DNA of 40,914 nucleotides from Simkaniaceae bacterium (GTDB lineage Bacteria; Chlamydiota; Chlamydiia; Chlamydiales; JAJFMI01), in contig JBBDIZ010000010.1 in NCBI GenBank assembly GCA_040880145.1, forward strand, positions 1-40,914, written 5' to 3'. The translations under genes were made by a program, and so were the position numbers. Below are positions 9,838 to 18,798 of the stretch, one piece after another. The notes beneath the pieces are model-generated. The model was not told the origin of the DNA. It did no database searches and worked only from the letters and a program-made list of their open reading frames with translations. Position 1 is the first letter of the stretch, and the number at the start of each line of letters is the position of its first letter.

Positions 9838-10930
9838 AGATCGTTGAATCTTCGATTAACTGAGAAACAAGACTTCCAAGAAGATGATTTTCTTCTTCAA
9901 GCCTTAAACACTCCTCTTCTGTACTTTTAAGATCCTGAACCAACACCTCTTCTTCTTTGGATGAAGCCATCTCTTTTTCCTTCAATATCTTTCGATAAGC
10001 AAAAAGATCACTCTCTTGTTGAAAAAGCTGGGCACGAGTCGTATCTAAAACTTTTTTCTTGTCATTAAACTGCTGACGCAAAACCTTAATATCAGGAGGG
10101 GTTTTGGCTATCTTCTCTTGAAGATTTTCAACCTCATTTTCTAAGGCCTTAAAAGCTAAAGAAAGAGAATCGCGCTCTTTTTCGATCTTCAATAAATTTT
10201 CCTTAGAAAGATCCTCTTCAAGAAGCTGCATTTGACGTGAGGAAAGAAGTTTTACTTCATGCTTTAACGAGTGCAGTTCATTTTCTTTATCCTTTAATAA
10301 TCGCTCGAGTTGAATGTTCTGATTTTTTATATCTTCAAAAAGAGCCGCCTTCTCTTTAGAGAGCGAGGGTTGACTTGTTTCATTTCGTTCAAGTTTTAAG
10401 TCTTCAATCAGCCGCCTTTGAAAAAGAGAGTCTTTTTTCAGCTCTTCAACTTCATCAAAAAGCTTTTGGGTCTCTCTATCACTTGCCTTTAACAGCTCCT
10501 CCATGGATTGAGACTTTTCTTGAGCTTTTTTTACGCGCTCTCTAGCCTGTTTTAATTCTCCCGAAAAATCAGGCTCCTCTACTTTATCCTCTACCTCTCT
10601 AACACGAATCGATTGAATCATCCCTGTCAGAAAGAAAGAAATCGAAAGGGATGAAAAATAACCAAAATACCAAACATGCGATCCTTTTGGAAGCTGAAAC
10701 TTAAAAAGAAAAAAAGAGGCTAAAGTCAAGCAAGAGGCAATCAATGCCCCCTTTACTTCGTAAAATAAGGAAGCAATTAAGCCTAGTAGAGTTAATAAAA
10801 AGAAAGTGGTGTTAAAAGAAACCCCTTTTACAAGGCCCATTGCAAGAAGCGCAATAACAAAGAGAGGACCGAGAAGCAAAAGAGACCTCTTTTCATCCCC
10901 CTCTTTATCGAATGTCATTTCATTCATCAT
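9827..10930 (-). CDS. membrane-anchored coiled-coil protein
   Basis: About 4 N-terminal TM helices, then about 250 aa of E/K/L-rich heptads. Confidence 0.8.
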   Translation of the reverse strand: MMNEMTFDKEGDEKRSLLLLGPLFVIALLAMGLVKGVSFNTTFFLLTLLGLIASLFYEVKGALIASCLTLASFFLFKFQLPKGSHVWYFGYFSSLSISFFLTGMIQSIRVREVEDKVEEPDFSGELKQARERVKKAQEKSQSMEELLKASDRETQKLFDEVEELKKDSLFQRRLIEDLKLERNETSQPSLSKEKAALFEDIKNQNIQLERLLKDKENELHSLKHEVKLLSSRQMQLLEEDLSKENLLKIEKERDSLSLAFKALENEVENLQEKIAKTPPDIKVLRQQFNDKKKVLDTTRAQLFQQESDLFAYRKILKEKEMASSKEEEVLVQDLKSTEEECLRLEEENHLLGSLVSQLIEDSTISKG

Positions 10931-10979
10931 TTGAACTCATTTTAGAAGATACCGACTCTTCTTTAAATATAAACTAAAT

Positions 10980-12347
10980 TCAGTTTTCTGTCGTTAGATC
11001 AAGGTCGATGTCGGATAAAATGGTGCTCATAACTAAAAACCCTTGTTTGAACCGATCCCAACCAAAGTGTTCATTTGGTGAATGAATATTATCACTCATC
11101 AGTCCGGTTCCAATGAGTATAGGACTTACATTACAAATTTCAGCAATCTTAATCGCAATAGGTATGGATCCGCCTGTTAAGATATAACGACAGTCCGCAT
11201 GAAAGACTGACTCAAAAGCCTCTGCAACAACACCCACAAACTCTTGATCCGGAGAGGTTCGAAACCCACCAAATCCTCCATGACATACCACCTCAACATC
11301 CATGCCTGTAGGTGATTTTTTTTGTAAAAAATCGCAAATCTGTTGACTAACTTCCTCAGGGACTAAATTCGGAGGTAAACGACATGAGAGCTTTGCATGT
11401 GCTTCAGCTGGAATTACAGTTTTGAACCCTTCTCCAGTATAGCCGCCCCAAATACCATTAATTTCAAGCGAGGGCCTTAACCAATTGGAGACAATAGGCG
11501 AAATACCATGTTCCATATCGAGTGAGCGAACCCCAAATTTTTTCTGATATTCTTCTTCATCAAAGTCTAAAAAATAATGTTTTAGCTCTTCTTTTTCTAA
11601 AGTTTCAAGGCTATCATAAAAGTGAGGAATTGCAATGGAACCTGTTTCTGACCAAAGTGCGCTTAACATATTGACTAGCGCCTTATTGGGATTGAGAGCT
11701 AAACCGCCGTGATTTCCAGAATGTAAATCAGCATTTGAACCGCGGCAGGTCACATCAAAAGTTACGATACCCCGAGCCCCTAAAGTCACACCGGGAACAT
11801 TTTTTGCAGGCAGATCCACATCCACAATGAGCAGTTGATCTGCCTTTAATTTTTCCTTATTTTGCTCGAGTAGTGTTGGAAGAGAAGGAGAACCCACCTC
11901 TTCTTCACCTTCAATCAGGAGGCGAATATTCCATTTTAGCTTTTTGCCCTGTTCAAGAAGTGCCCGAAGCGCCGTAACTGTGTAGAAGCATTGCCCTTTG
12001 TTATCAGCAGCACCCCGTGCAAAAACATCGTTTCCCCGCATCTCAGGCTCAAATGGCTTTGAATCCCAAAGTTCCAAAGGATCGACAGGCTGCACATCAT
12101 AGTGATGATAAATCAAAAGGGTTTTGGCATCAGGACCCGCATCATATGAAGCAAAAAGAACAGGATGCCCGCCGCCTTCAAAAACCTCAACATTCAGCCC
12201 TATTTTAACAAGATAGTCTTTCAGCCACAAAGAGCATTTCAACACATCTTGCTTATGCTTGGGCTCAGAGCTAATGCTTTCAAATCTTAGAAAAGAGAAA
12301 TAGTCGTCCTGAATGGACTTTTCGTTTTTTTCAAACCAGTTTAACAT
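10980..12347 (-). CDS. M20 family metallopeptidase (dipeptidase, ArgE/DapE-like)
   Basis: HYDVQP, RGAADNKGQ, EGEEEVGS, HSG..GG, HSPNE; start ATG 12347 or GTG 12353. Confidence 0.92.
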   Translation of the reverse strand: MLNWFEKNEKSIQDDYFSFLRFESISSEPKHKQDVLKCSLWLKDYLVKIGLNVEVFEGGGHPVLFASYDAGPDAKTLLIYHHYDVQPVDPLELWDSKPFEPEMRGNDVFARGAADNKGQCFYTVTALRALLEQGKKLKWNIRLLIEGEEEVGSPSLPTLLEQNKEKLKADQLLIVDVDLPAKNVPGVTLGARGIVTFDVTCRGSNADLHSGNHGGLALNPNKALVNMLSALWSETGSIAIPHFYDSLETLEKEELKHYFLDFDEEEYQKKFGVRSLDMEHGISPIVSNWLRPSLEINGIWGGYTGEGFKTVIPAEAHAKLSCRLPPNLVPEEVSQQICDFLQKKSPTGMDVEVVCHGGFGGFRTSPDQEFVGVVAEAFESVFHADCRYILTGGSIPIAIKIAEICNVSPILIGTGLMSDNIHSPNEHFGWDRFKQGFLVMSTILSDIDLDLTTEN

Positions 12348-12453
12348 ATCCACAGATTAACACAGGCAAGCTTGTGCAAGCAATACCTATCTTTAATTCT
12401 AATAAAAGTATTATTTTTATTAGCTGTCAAACAATAAAGAATCGATTAAAATT

Positions 12454-12470
12454 TATACCAAAAAATGATT
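12454..12470 (+). repeat. degenerate TATACC-type terminal repeat (left flank of cassette)
   Basis: TATACCAAAAAATGATT versus reverse complement of 13358-13373, TATACCGAAAATGATT (1 mismatch, 1 indel). Confidence 0.5.
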
Positions 12471-12499
12471 CAAAATTTGGGATTTTAACTCTGAAAAAG

Positions 12500-13051
12500 C
12501 TAATTTTGTTTATTTTCTTCGTCCATTTTTTCTAGCCCATCGAAAGTTCTGCGAATTCCGTCCCCAATCATAAAACTTGCAAGTTGCTTGGTTCCAGGAA
12601 ATGGCAAAATCCATACAAGCGCACCACCTAATATTTCTACACCTCCCACTACCATTGAGCCTGGAATCTCTGCTTCTACGTTTTCAATATTTGCTCTACA
12701 CAAAAAAACTGGTATTAAAGAGTTGTTTGTATCGCTTATTTGACTATTATGGATTGAGATTCCTTTCCGATCTAAAATCGAATGATAAATCTCCTTACAA
12801 GAGTCTAAGCTCATTAAATATTCTTTACTTGTTAAGATGTCTGAACCAAATTGAACCAAAAAATGTTCATAAAAATCACAGATCAGTTCATAAGCCTCTT
12901 CTATAGACATATCCCCGACTTGATCAAAGAATTCGATAATAGCTAAGGTGTCTTCTTGGTCTATGGCCTCTAATAACTCGGATGCGTGAGATGAAAAGCA
13001 ATCAGCACTAGAAAACAAGAAAAAAATAAAAAATACTCTAAATCTTCTCAT
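12500..13051 (-). CDS. putative secreted protein with C-terminal glycine-rich hydrophobic hairpin (183 aa)
   Basis: ATG 13051 with GGAGGAGG SD and TAATG coupling; signal-like MRRFRVFFIFFLFSSADC; hairpin GSMVVGGVEILGGALVWILPFPGTKQLASFMIGDG. Confidence 0.75.
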   Translation of the reverse strand: MRRFRVFFIFFLFSSADCFSSHASELLEAIDQEDTLAIIEFFDQVGDMSIEEAYELICDFYEHFLVQFGSDILTSKEYLMSLDSCKEIYHSILDRKGISIHNSQISDTNNSLIPVFLCRANIENVEAEIPGSMVVGGVEILGGALVWILPFPGTKQLASFMIGDGIRRTFDGLEKMDEENKQN

Positions 13052-13248
13052 TACCCTCCTCCATAAATCAAAAAATAGAAACCAACTAAAATAATCCAAA
13101 GATAGAACACTATTTGACGAGTGTTTTGAACTTTCCACGCTTTTGCTAAGTTTTTACCACTTATCGCAAACGCATAAGCAAAAAATACAAGCCATGTCAT
13201 TGGTGCAATTATTTTGAATAAAAAAGTCTTTATCAACTCCACAATCAA
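13051..13248 (-). CDS. small two-TM membrane protein (65 aa)
   Basis: AAAGG SD before TTG; two hydrophobic helices; stop overlaps the next ATG. Confidence 0.6.
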   Translation of the reverse strand: MIVELIKTFLFKIIAPMTWLVFFAYAFAISGKNLAKAWKVQNTRQIVFYLWIILVGFYFLIYGGG

Positions 13249-13326
13249 TTACCTTTTTTCAAAAAAAAATAAAATCACAAACAAAAATAGTCAAGCATAA
13301 AAATACGCGCCTCCTCGCCTCTGCGT

Positions 13327-13373
13327 TATACCGAAAATGAGGTTGAAACATAAACCAAATCATTTTCGGTATA
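13327..13373. repeat. 47-bp palindromic MITE/REP-like element
   Basis: Perfect 14-bp arms TATACCGAAAATGA / TCATTTTCGGTATA, inner GGTT/AACC stem, TA at both ends. Confidence 0.75.
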
Positions 13374-13406
13374 TCACTTTTAATGTGAGGAAAGTATAAT
13401 TTGCAC

Positions 13407-13436
13407 TTGAGTTTCACCATGCATACATGGTAGAAT
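13407..13436 (+). promoter_or_regulatory. htpX promoter (leaderless geometry)
   Basis: TTGAGT-18 nt-TAGAAT with TG extended -10, 6 nt before ATG; ACCATG-cata-CATGGT palindrome in the spacer. Confidence 0.6.
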
Positions 13437-13442
13437 AGGGTT

Positions 13443-14366
13443 ATGTTTAAGCGAATGGCTCTTTTCTTAGTTGTTAACATTGTCGTTGTGGCTTCGGTCT
13501 CTCTTGCTCTGTCTCTCTTTAATGTTCGACCCTATTTGACCGCCTATGGACTTAACATTAAAAGCTTAGCGATTTTTTGCCTTATTTGGGGGATGGCCGG
13601 AAGTTTAATTTCTCTTCAACTTTCACGTAAAATGGCAAAATGGCTTATGCGCATCCAGTTAGTAGATGGCCGCTTAAAGGATGAAAAGCTCAATCGCCTC
13701 TATCGCTCAGTGGCCTTATTAGCTGATAGAAAAGGCTTGCCAATGCCTGAGGTTGGCATCTTTGAGTCAGTAGATGTCAATGCTTTTGCAACCGGTCCTT
13801 CGAAAAGACGCTCTCTTGTAGCCGTATCGACTGCTCTTTTAAACAAAATGTCAGATACTGAAATGGAAGCGATTTTAGCACATGAAATGAGCCATATTGC
13901 CAATGGCGATATGGTCACAATGACCCTCCTTCAAGGAATTGTTAACGCCTTTGTAATGTTTTTTGCCCGCCTGCTTGCTTTTGCCCTTTCAAGTATGGGG
14001 CGAGGAAATAATCGCCGGGGCTCTCCCCTCTCCTACTATCTCTCTGTATTTGTGTTTGAGATTATTTTTATGCTGATCGGCTCAATGATTATTGCTGCCT
14101 ATTCACGCTTTCGTGAATATCGCGCTGACAAAGGCGGCGCTGAGCTTGCCGGGAAAACTCAAATGATTCAAGCGCTTCGCCATCTTAAAGGTATTCAAAG
14201 AGAAAAATTTGAAGGTTCAAAGCGCGCGCTTGCTCCCTTTATGATTCAGGCCCCCAGGCAAAGGTCTATCTTTTCCCATCTTTTTTCAACCCATCCTGCT
14301 CTAGATAAACGAATCGCTCGACTTGAAAACCTATCCCCCACTTTTTCACTCAACATAAGTCGATAA
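13443..14366 (+). CDS. htpX: membrane zinc protease HtpX (M48)
   Basis: NAFATG, AHEMSHIANGDMVT, SRFREYRAD, FSTHP. Confidence 0.95.
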   Translation: MFKRMALFLVVNIVVVASVSLALSLFNVRPYLTAYGLNIKSLAIFCLIWGMAGSLISLQLSRKMAKWLMRIQLVDGRLKDEKLNRLYRSVALLADRKGLPMPEVGIFESVDVNAFATGPSKRRSLVAVSTALLNKMSDTEMEAILAHEMSHIANGDMVTMTLLQGIVNAFVMFFARLLAFALSSMGRGNNRRGSPLSYYLSVFVFEIIFMLIGSMIIAAYSRFREYRADKGGAELAGKTQMIQALRHLKGIQREKFEGSKRALAPFMIQAPRQRSIFSHLFSTHPALDKRIARLENLSPTFSLNISR

Positions 14367-15684
14367 GCTGCTCGACAAGCTCTTCTGGATTTTCCATTAA
14401 AATCAATTCCTCTGATTCAATAAAATAAGCTTTCTTCGGTTTCAAGGTATTGCAAAGCTTCGCAAGATTTTCTTTTTTTAATATGATGAAATCAACTGCT
14501 GTCAGCTTTTTAAAAAGTGTTATAAAAGAGGGATCAATTGTATGGGAGCAGTAAAGGATTAAACGATCGAATTGATTTGAAAGTCTTTCTAAATGAGCAT
14601 AAAGCGTAGGTGTAATCGCTGGAATATCATTAATTCCCAATAAAGCAAACTCCTGATCCTCTAAAATTTTCATCAGGGTAAAAAGATGCTCTTCATCAAA
14701 TTCTTTATTTGCAACATCCTGATGCAAAAGTCTTTCACTTAACTCTTTTAATGAAATTCTTTTACACCCCATGTGCTCAATCGCAATCGAAGCTCCAACA
14801 TTTGCTAGTTGACAGGCAGATTCGATATCAATCTGATTACCAAGAGCCATAGTCAAAAAAGCTAAAACTGTATCTCCGGCCCCCGTAACATCCGTGACTT
14901 CTTTCGCAATAGCCGGAAAGTCCCTTTGCCGGTTTTCCCTATCAAAAAGTGAGATTCCTTTTTCTGAACGGGTAATCATAATCATTTCAGCTTGTGATTG
15001 GGCTAAAAGAGCTTGAGCGAGTTCTTTTATGGGCGTATTTTTAGGCAACTTTGCTGCTGCAATCGCCTCTTTAAAATTAGGTTTAATCAAGGTCGCTCCT
15101 CTATACTTTGAAAAATCACTGCCCTTTGGATCTACAAGTACTGGTATGGATCTTTTTTTTGCCTGAAGAATTAGATTGGATAAAAGCGTTTCGCTTAAAA
15201 AACCTTTCCCATAATCTGAAATAGCAATGATATCACAACCTACAAGGATCTTGGGAAGAGCTCTAATGATGGCTTCTTCAAGTTCACTTGAAAGGGGTTT
15301 TAAAGTTTCATCATCGATGCGTAAGAGCTGCTGACTTTCTGCAATCAATCGAGTCTTTTTAATTGTATTGTAATTTTTTTCGATTTTTAAACTGTTAACA
15401 GAAGCCCCTTCTTTTTTAAGGAGTTCTTTTAATAACTGCCCTTTTTGATCCTCACCGATGCGACCCAGTGTCATGACCTCTGCTCCAAGAGACAAAAGGT
15501 TCAAGACAACATTTCCTGCCCCTCCGGGCAACGTATTTTCTTTTTCAACTTTTAAAACGAGTACGGGAGCTTCAGGAGAAATTCGCTCAACCCGTCCCCC
15601 TTTATAAGCGTCGAGCATATAGTCGCCTACAACAAGAACTCTGATAGGCTTAAACTTACTGAATGCTTGAAGGGAATTTACCAT
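14350..15684 (-). CDS. hldE: HldE-like heptose-7-phosphate kinase with degenerate C-terminal adenylyltransferase-like domain
   Basis: VGDYMLD, RISPEAPV, GGAGNV, SDYGKG, DPKG, DVTGAGDT; the C-terminal domain lacks NGxFDxLHxGH. Confidence 0.88.
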   Translation of the reverse strand: MVNSLQAFSKFKPIRVLVVGDYMLDAYKGGRVERISPEAPVLVLKVEKENTLPGGAGNVVLNLLSLGAEVMTLGRIGEDQKGQLLKELLKKEGASVNSLKIEKNYNTIKKTRLIAESQQLLRIDDETLKPLSSELEEAIIRALPKILVGCDIIAISDYGKGFLSETLLSNLILQAKKRSIPVLVDPKGSDFSKYRGATLIKPNFKEAIAAAKLPKNTPIKELAQALLAQSQAEMIMITRSEKGISLFDRENRQRDFPAIAKEVTDVTGAGDTVLAFLTMALGNQIDIESACQLANVGASIAIEHMGCKRISLKELSERLLHQDVANKEFDEEHLFTLMKILEDQEFALLGINDIPAITPTLYAHLERLSNQFDRLILYCSHTIDPSFITLFKKLTAVDFIILKKENLAKLCNTLKPKKAYFIESEELILMENPEELVEQLIDLC

Positions 15685-16694
15685 GTTTCATTTTTGATCA
15701 GATAATTTTGGACGTAATCCTGAACACTCTCCTCAATTGTTTGTAGAGGTATTCTCTCGATTTCCCGCTTTTTAAGCGACTTTTGAAATTTTGATAAATC
15801 TGCCATTGTATAATTCTGATATTGCTCAACAAGGTCTTTAGGCATTGGAACGTAACGGATATCGACAGGAAGGTTTAAAGCTTTGAAAATGGCCTCGCTT
15901 ATGCGATTCCAAGATACGGCCTCTCCACGTCCGACGTTGAAGATCCCATTTAAATGATAATCGAGAAAAAAACAGGTGAAGGCAGCTGCATCTTTCACAT
16001 AAATAAAATCTCGGCACTGCTCTCCATCCTTAAATTTTTCAGGCTCTGTTGACTTAAAAAGCTCTACATAGCCCTGAGATTGAATTTTAGGTGTCATGTG
16101 GTAGACCATCGATGCCATTCGTTTTTTATGAAACTCATTTGGACCAAAAACATTGAAATATTTTAACCCTACAACTTGATCTAAAGCACCTTGCTGCATA
16201 AGCCAAAGATCAAAAAGATGTTTAGAGTACCCGTAAATATTTAAAGGTTTGAGATCGCTAAGCAGGTCGTGAGAATCTGAAAAACCAAGCTTTCCATCCC
16301 CATAAGTTGCAGCTGAGGAGGCATAAATAAAGCGATGATTGTTTTTCAGAGCATATTCGGCAAGCTTTACAGAAAATCGGTAATTGTTTTCCATAAAGTA
16401 ATCCCCATCTCGACAAGTCGTATCGCTGCAAGCGCCTAAATGTAAAATGGCTTCAATCTCTTTTTCACGCCCTTTCAAGTATTGAAAAAGTTCATGTTTT
16501 GAAATGAAATGTTGAAAAAGCTTTCCTCGTAAATTAAGCCATTTATTCGATTCCTTTAAATCATCTACGAGTAAAAGATTTGTAAAACCCCTGTCGTTAA
16601 GATACCGAACAATAGCAGAGCCGATAAATCCGGCAGCTCCGGTAATCACGATAAGCTGGTCGTCATAAATTTCTTTCTTTTCCATAGATTTCAC
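15678..16694 (-). CDS. hldD: ADP-L-glycero-D-manno-heptose 6-epimerase
   Basis: ITGAAGFIGS, HLGACSDT, YASSAATYG, YGYSK, YFNVFGPNE.HK..MAS. Confidence 0.94.
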   Translation of the reverse strand: MKSMEKKEIYDDQLIVITGAAGFIGSAIVRYLNDRGFTNLLLVDDLKESNKWLNLRGKLFQHFISKHELFQYLKGREKEIEAILHLGACSDTTCRDGDYFMENNYRFSVKLAEYALKNNHRFIYASSAATYGDGKLGFSDSHDLLSDLKPLNIYGYSKHLFDLWLMQQGALDQVVGLKYFNVFGPNEFHKKRMASMVYHMTPKIQSQGYVELFKSTEPEKFKDGEQCRDFIYVKDAAAFTCFFLDYHLNGIFNVGRGEAVSWNRISEAIFKALNLPVDIRYVPMPKDLVEQYQNYTMADLSKFQKSLKKREIERIPLQTIEESVQDYVQNYLIKNETW

Positions 16695-16924
16695 GCAAGC
16701 TCTCTAATAATTCTAATATCAACTGTTTCAAATTCTATATCTTGAGGAAAATAGTCATTATCCTCAAAGCGGCGAGTCGACACTTCAGATTCTAATAATC
16801 TTAAAATCGTGGTTATCACAAACCTCATTAAATAACATAAGGCTGCAACTGAAAACGCACAAGTGCACAAAAAAATGATAGCCCCGAGGTAGGGGGTCGA
16901 GTTAGTCGTAATTGGATTCGTCAT
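16691..16924 (-). CDS. small single-TM hypothetical protein
   Basis: 77 aa, one long hydrophobic helix, GTGA overlap with hldD. Confidence 0.5.
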   Translation of the reverse strand: MTNPITTNSTPYLGAIIFLCTCAFSVAALCYLMRFVITTILRLLESEVSTRRFEDNDYFPQDIEFETVDIRIIRELA

Positions 16925-16960
16925 AAAAGAGGAGAGATTAAGATATCCTCAATATTATTC

Positions 16961-17707
16961 TCAAGACATTTGATGCAAAATAAAGGATGAGCCACTTCCT
17001 GTCATGGTTACAAATGAATTCTTCTTTTTAAGATCTTGTTTTAAAAGTTGCAGCTTAGGAGCTATTTTAAAGGCGGCCTCCTCTAAGTCATTGATGAAAA
17101 TAGGTCTTCCCTTTAAAAATGCATTGAGAAGCGTTTCAGGATCCACCCCCCCTTTAATTTCAACTTTAGAAAAAACCTCTTTTGTCGAAAGACCAAAACT
17201 TGGCGTAATGATTTCTAAATCGATAAAAGGGGCTGATAGCTCGTGAAGAATCTCTCCTCGACCTGTCGCATACGCTAATCCATTTGTAAAAAAGAAAGGA
17301 ACATCCGATCCAATTTTGGCGCCAAGGTGAGATAGCTCATTTTTAGAAAGAGGATTGCCATGGAGGTTGTTTAATGCAAAGAGCACGGTTGCGGCATTGC
17401 TGCTCCCTCCCCCAAGCCCTGCTTGGATCGGGATATTTTTTTGAACGTCGATCTTGCAGCAAAACGAATAGTTTGTCTCTTTTCTGAAAAGATCCAATGC
17501 TTTGAAAGCGAGATTATCTCGATTTGTTGGTATCGATGGATTTGAGCAAGAAATAGCGTCACGATCAGAAAGTTCAATAGAGATTTCATCAAAAAGAGGA
17601 AGTCTCTGCATTAATGAAGCAATCTCATGAAACCCATCGCGACGCTTGTATAAAACACGAAAAAAAAGGTTAGCTTTAGCAAAAGACTTAAGCTTCCGGA
17701 CTCTCAG
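16961..17707 (-). CDS. ispE: 4-diphosphocytidyl-2-C-methyl-D-erythritol kinase (probable CTG start at 17707)
   Basis: KNIPIQAGLGGGSSNAA, IGSDVPFF, MTGSGS; conserved SFAKANLFFRVLYKRRDGFHE is in frame upstream of the ORF-track ATG 17611. Confidence 0.9.
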   Translation of the reverse strand: MRVRKLKSFAKANLFFRVLYKRRDGFHEIASLMQRLPLFDEISIELSDRDAISCSNPSIPTNRDNLAFKALDLFRKETNYSFCCKIDVQKNIPIQAGLGGGSSNAATVLFALNNLHGNPLSKNELSHLGAKIGSDVPFFFTNGLAYATGRGEILHELSAPFIDLEIITPSFGLSTKEVFSKVEIKGGVDPETLLNAFLKGRPIFINDLEEAAFKIAPKLQLLKQDLKKKNSFVTMTGSGSSFILHQMS

Positions 17708-18197
17708 CTTTAACCTCGTTTTCCTTTTTCTCTAGAGTCGGGCGATCTCCTCGAATATTCAAGGCAATCTCGAAGCTCACTCCCTCTTTGAGCTCAATAG
17801 GCACGATATGCTTTCCAAGCTTTTTGAACGACTGACCAATTCGAATACAGCGCCTTTCTAATAAAATACCCTCTTGCTCATTGACAAGCTCGATAATATC
17901 TGCACTACTAACAGAGCCATAAAGGTGCCCTTCATGGTCAACCTTGACTACAGTCTCATAGATTCGGCCTTCAATCTTACTTTGAATAGCCTCAGAATCC
18001 TTGCGGTCAGTAATAGCTTGCTCATCACGTTCTTTCTTCAAACGATCCTGCATTCGAATCGTTCGCTTGTCTGCAACAACAGCCATGCTCTTTGGAAGAA
18101 GGAAATTGCGAAAAAATCCAGGCTTCACATTTGTGACAATCTCGCCTTTTCGCCCTAACCCCTCAACATCTTGAATAAGTAGGATTTGATTTTGCAT
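17688..18197 (-). CDS. rplI: 50S ribosomal protein L9
   Basis: LLIQDVEGLGRKGEIV.VKPGFFRNFLLP, LYGSV. Confidence 0.96.
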   Translation of the reverse strand: MQNQILLIQDVEGLGRKGEIVTNVKPGFFRNFLLPKSMAVVADKRTIRMQDRLKKERDEQAITDRKDSEAIQSKIEGRIYETVVKVDHEGHLYGSVSSADIIELVNEQEGILLERRCIRIGQSFKKLGKHIVPIELKEGVSFEIALNIRGDRPTLEKKENEVKAESPEA

Positions 18198-18208
18198 CGT
18201 TTTTCCTC

Positions 18209-18454
18209 CTAATCTTCAGCCGAAAATGGCATTAATGCCATATATCGTGCACGTTTGATAGCTTGTGTAAGGTGTCGCTGATGATAGTGCGAAACCCCTG
18301 TAATTCGACGAGGCAAAATTTTGCCATTATCAGTCGTAAATTGAGCGATCAAGTCGACATCTTTATAATCGACCTCTTTTCTGCCTGCAGCAGTAAAAGG
18401 GCAGGGTTTTTTCTTTTTGAACCCCCCTGCAAAGAATTTATCCTTTCTTACCAT
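18209..18454 (-). CDS. rpsR: 30S ribosomal protein S18
   Basis: [20 protein letters not shown]. Confidence 0.97.
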   Translation of the reverse strand: MVRKDKFFAGGFKKKKPCPFTAAGRKEVDYKDVDLIAQFTTDNGKILPRRITGVSHYHQRHLTQAIKRARYMALMPFSAED

Positions 18455-18456
18455 AA

Positions 18457-18798
18457 CTACTCCGCGTGTTTTAAAGGTTTAAATTCAATTTTTTCAAAGG
18501 CTTCATCAGCTTTCAATGTCATAAAGCGTACAAGATCTTCATTTAATTTGTACTCTTCCCAAACTTCCGGCATGATTTTTGGACATAAAGCAAAATAAAC
18601 AATATAATAGAAACCCTCTTTACGCTTCTGAATCTGGTAGGCAAACTTACGGCGCCCCCAATCGATCAAGCTTCGAATCTCTCCACCTTTTTCTTCGATT
18701 GATTTCGTGATTTTCTCAATCGCTTTTTTGCGCGCATCTTCACTTAAAGTCGCGCTGATAATATACATGCCTTCATAAAGTTGGCTTGCGTTATTCAT
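18457..18798 (-). CDS. rpsF: 30S ribosomal protein S6
   Basis: [17 protein letters not shown]...EGFY; ATG 18798 has a GGAG SD (ORF track starts at 18810). Confidence 0.95.
   Translation of the reverse strand: MNNASQLYEGMYIISATLSEDARKKAIEKITKSIEEKGGEIRSLIDWGRRKFAYQIQKRKEGFYYIVYFALCPKIMPEVWEEYKLNEDLVRFMTLKADEAFEKIEFKPLKHAE

Noticed and set aside
13052..13138. ORF-track extension of the 12500 ORF
   Set aside because: Overlaps the small TM gene; the strong SD and signal peptide begin at ATG 13051
13305..13326. GC-rich ACGCAGAGGCGAGGAGGCGCGT (minus strand) next to the palindrome, resembling a REP-like repeat
   Set aside because: Single copy with only a 4-bp stem; cannot be supported
13400..13426. 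CIRCE-like left arm TTTGCACTT before htpX
   Set aside because: No matching right arm at N9
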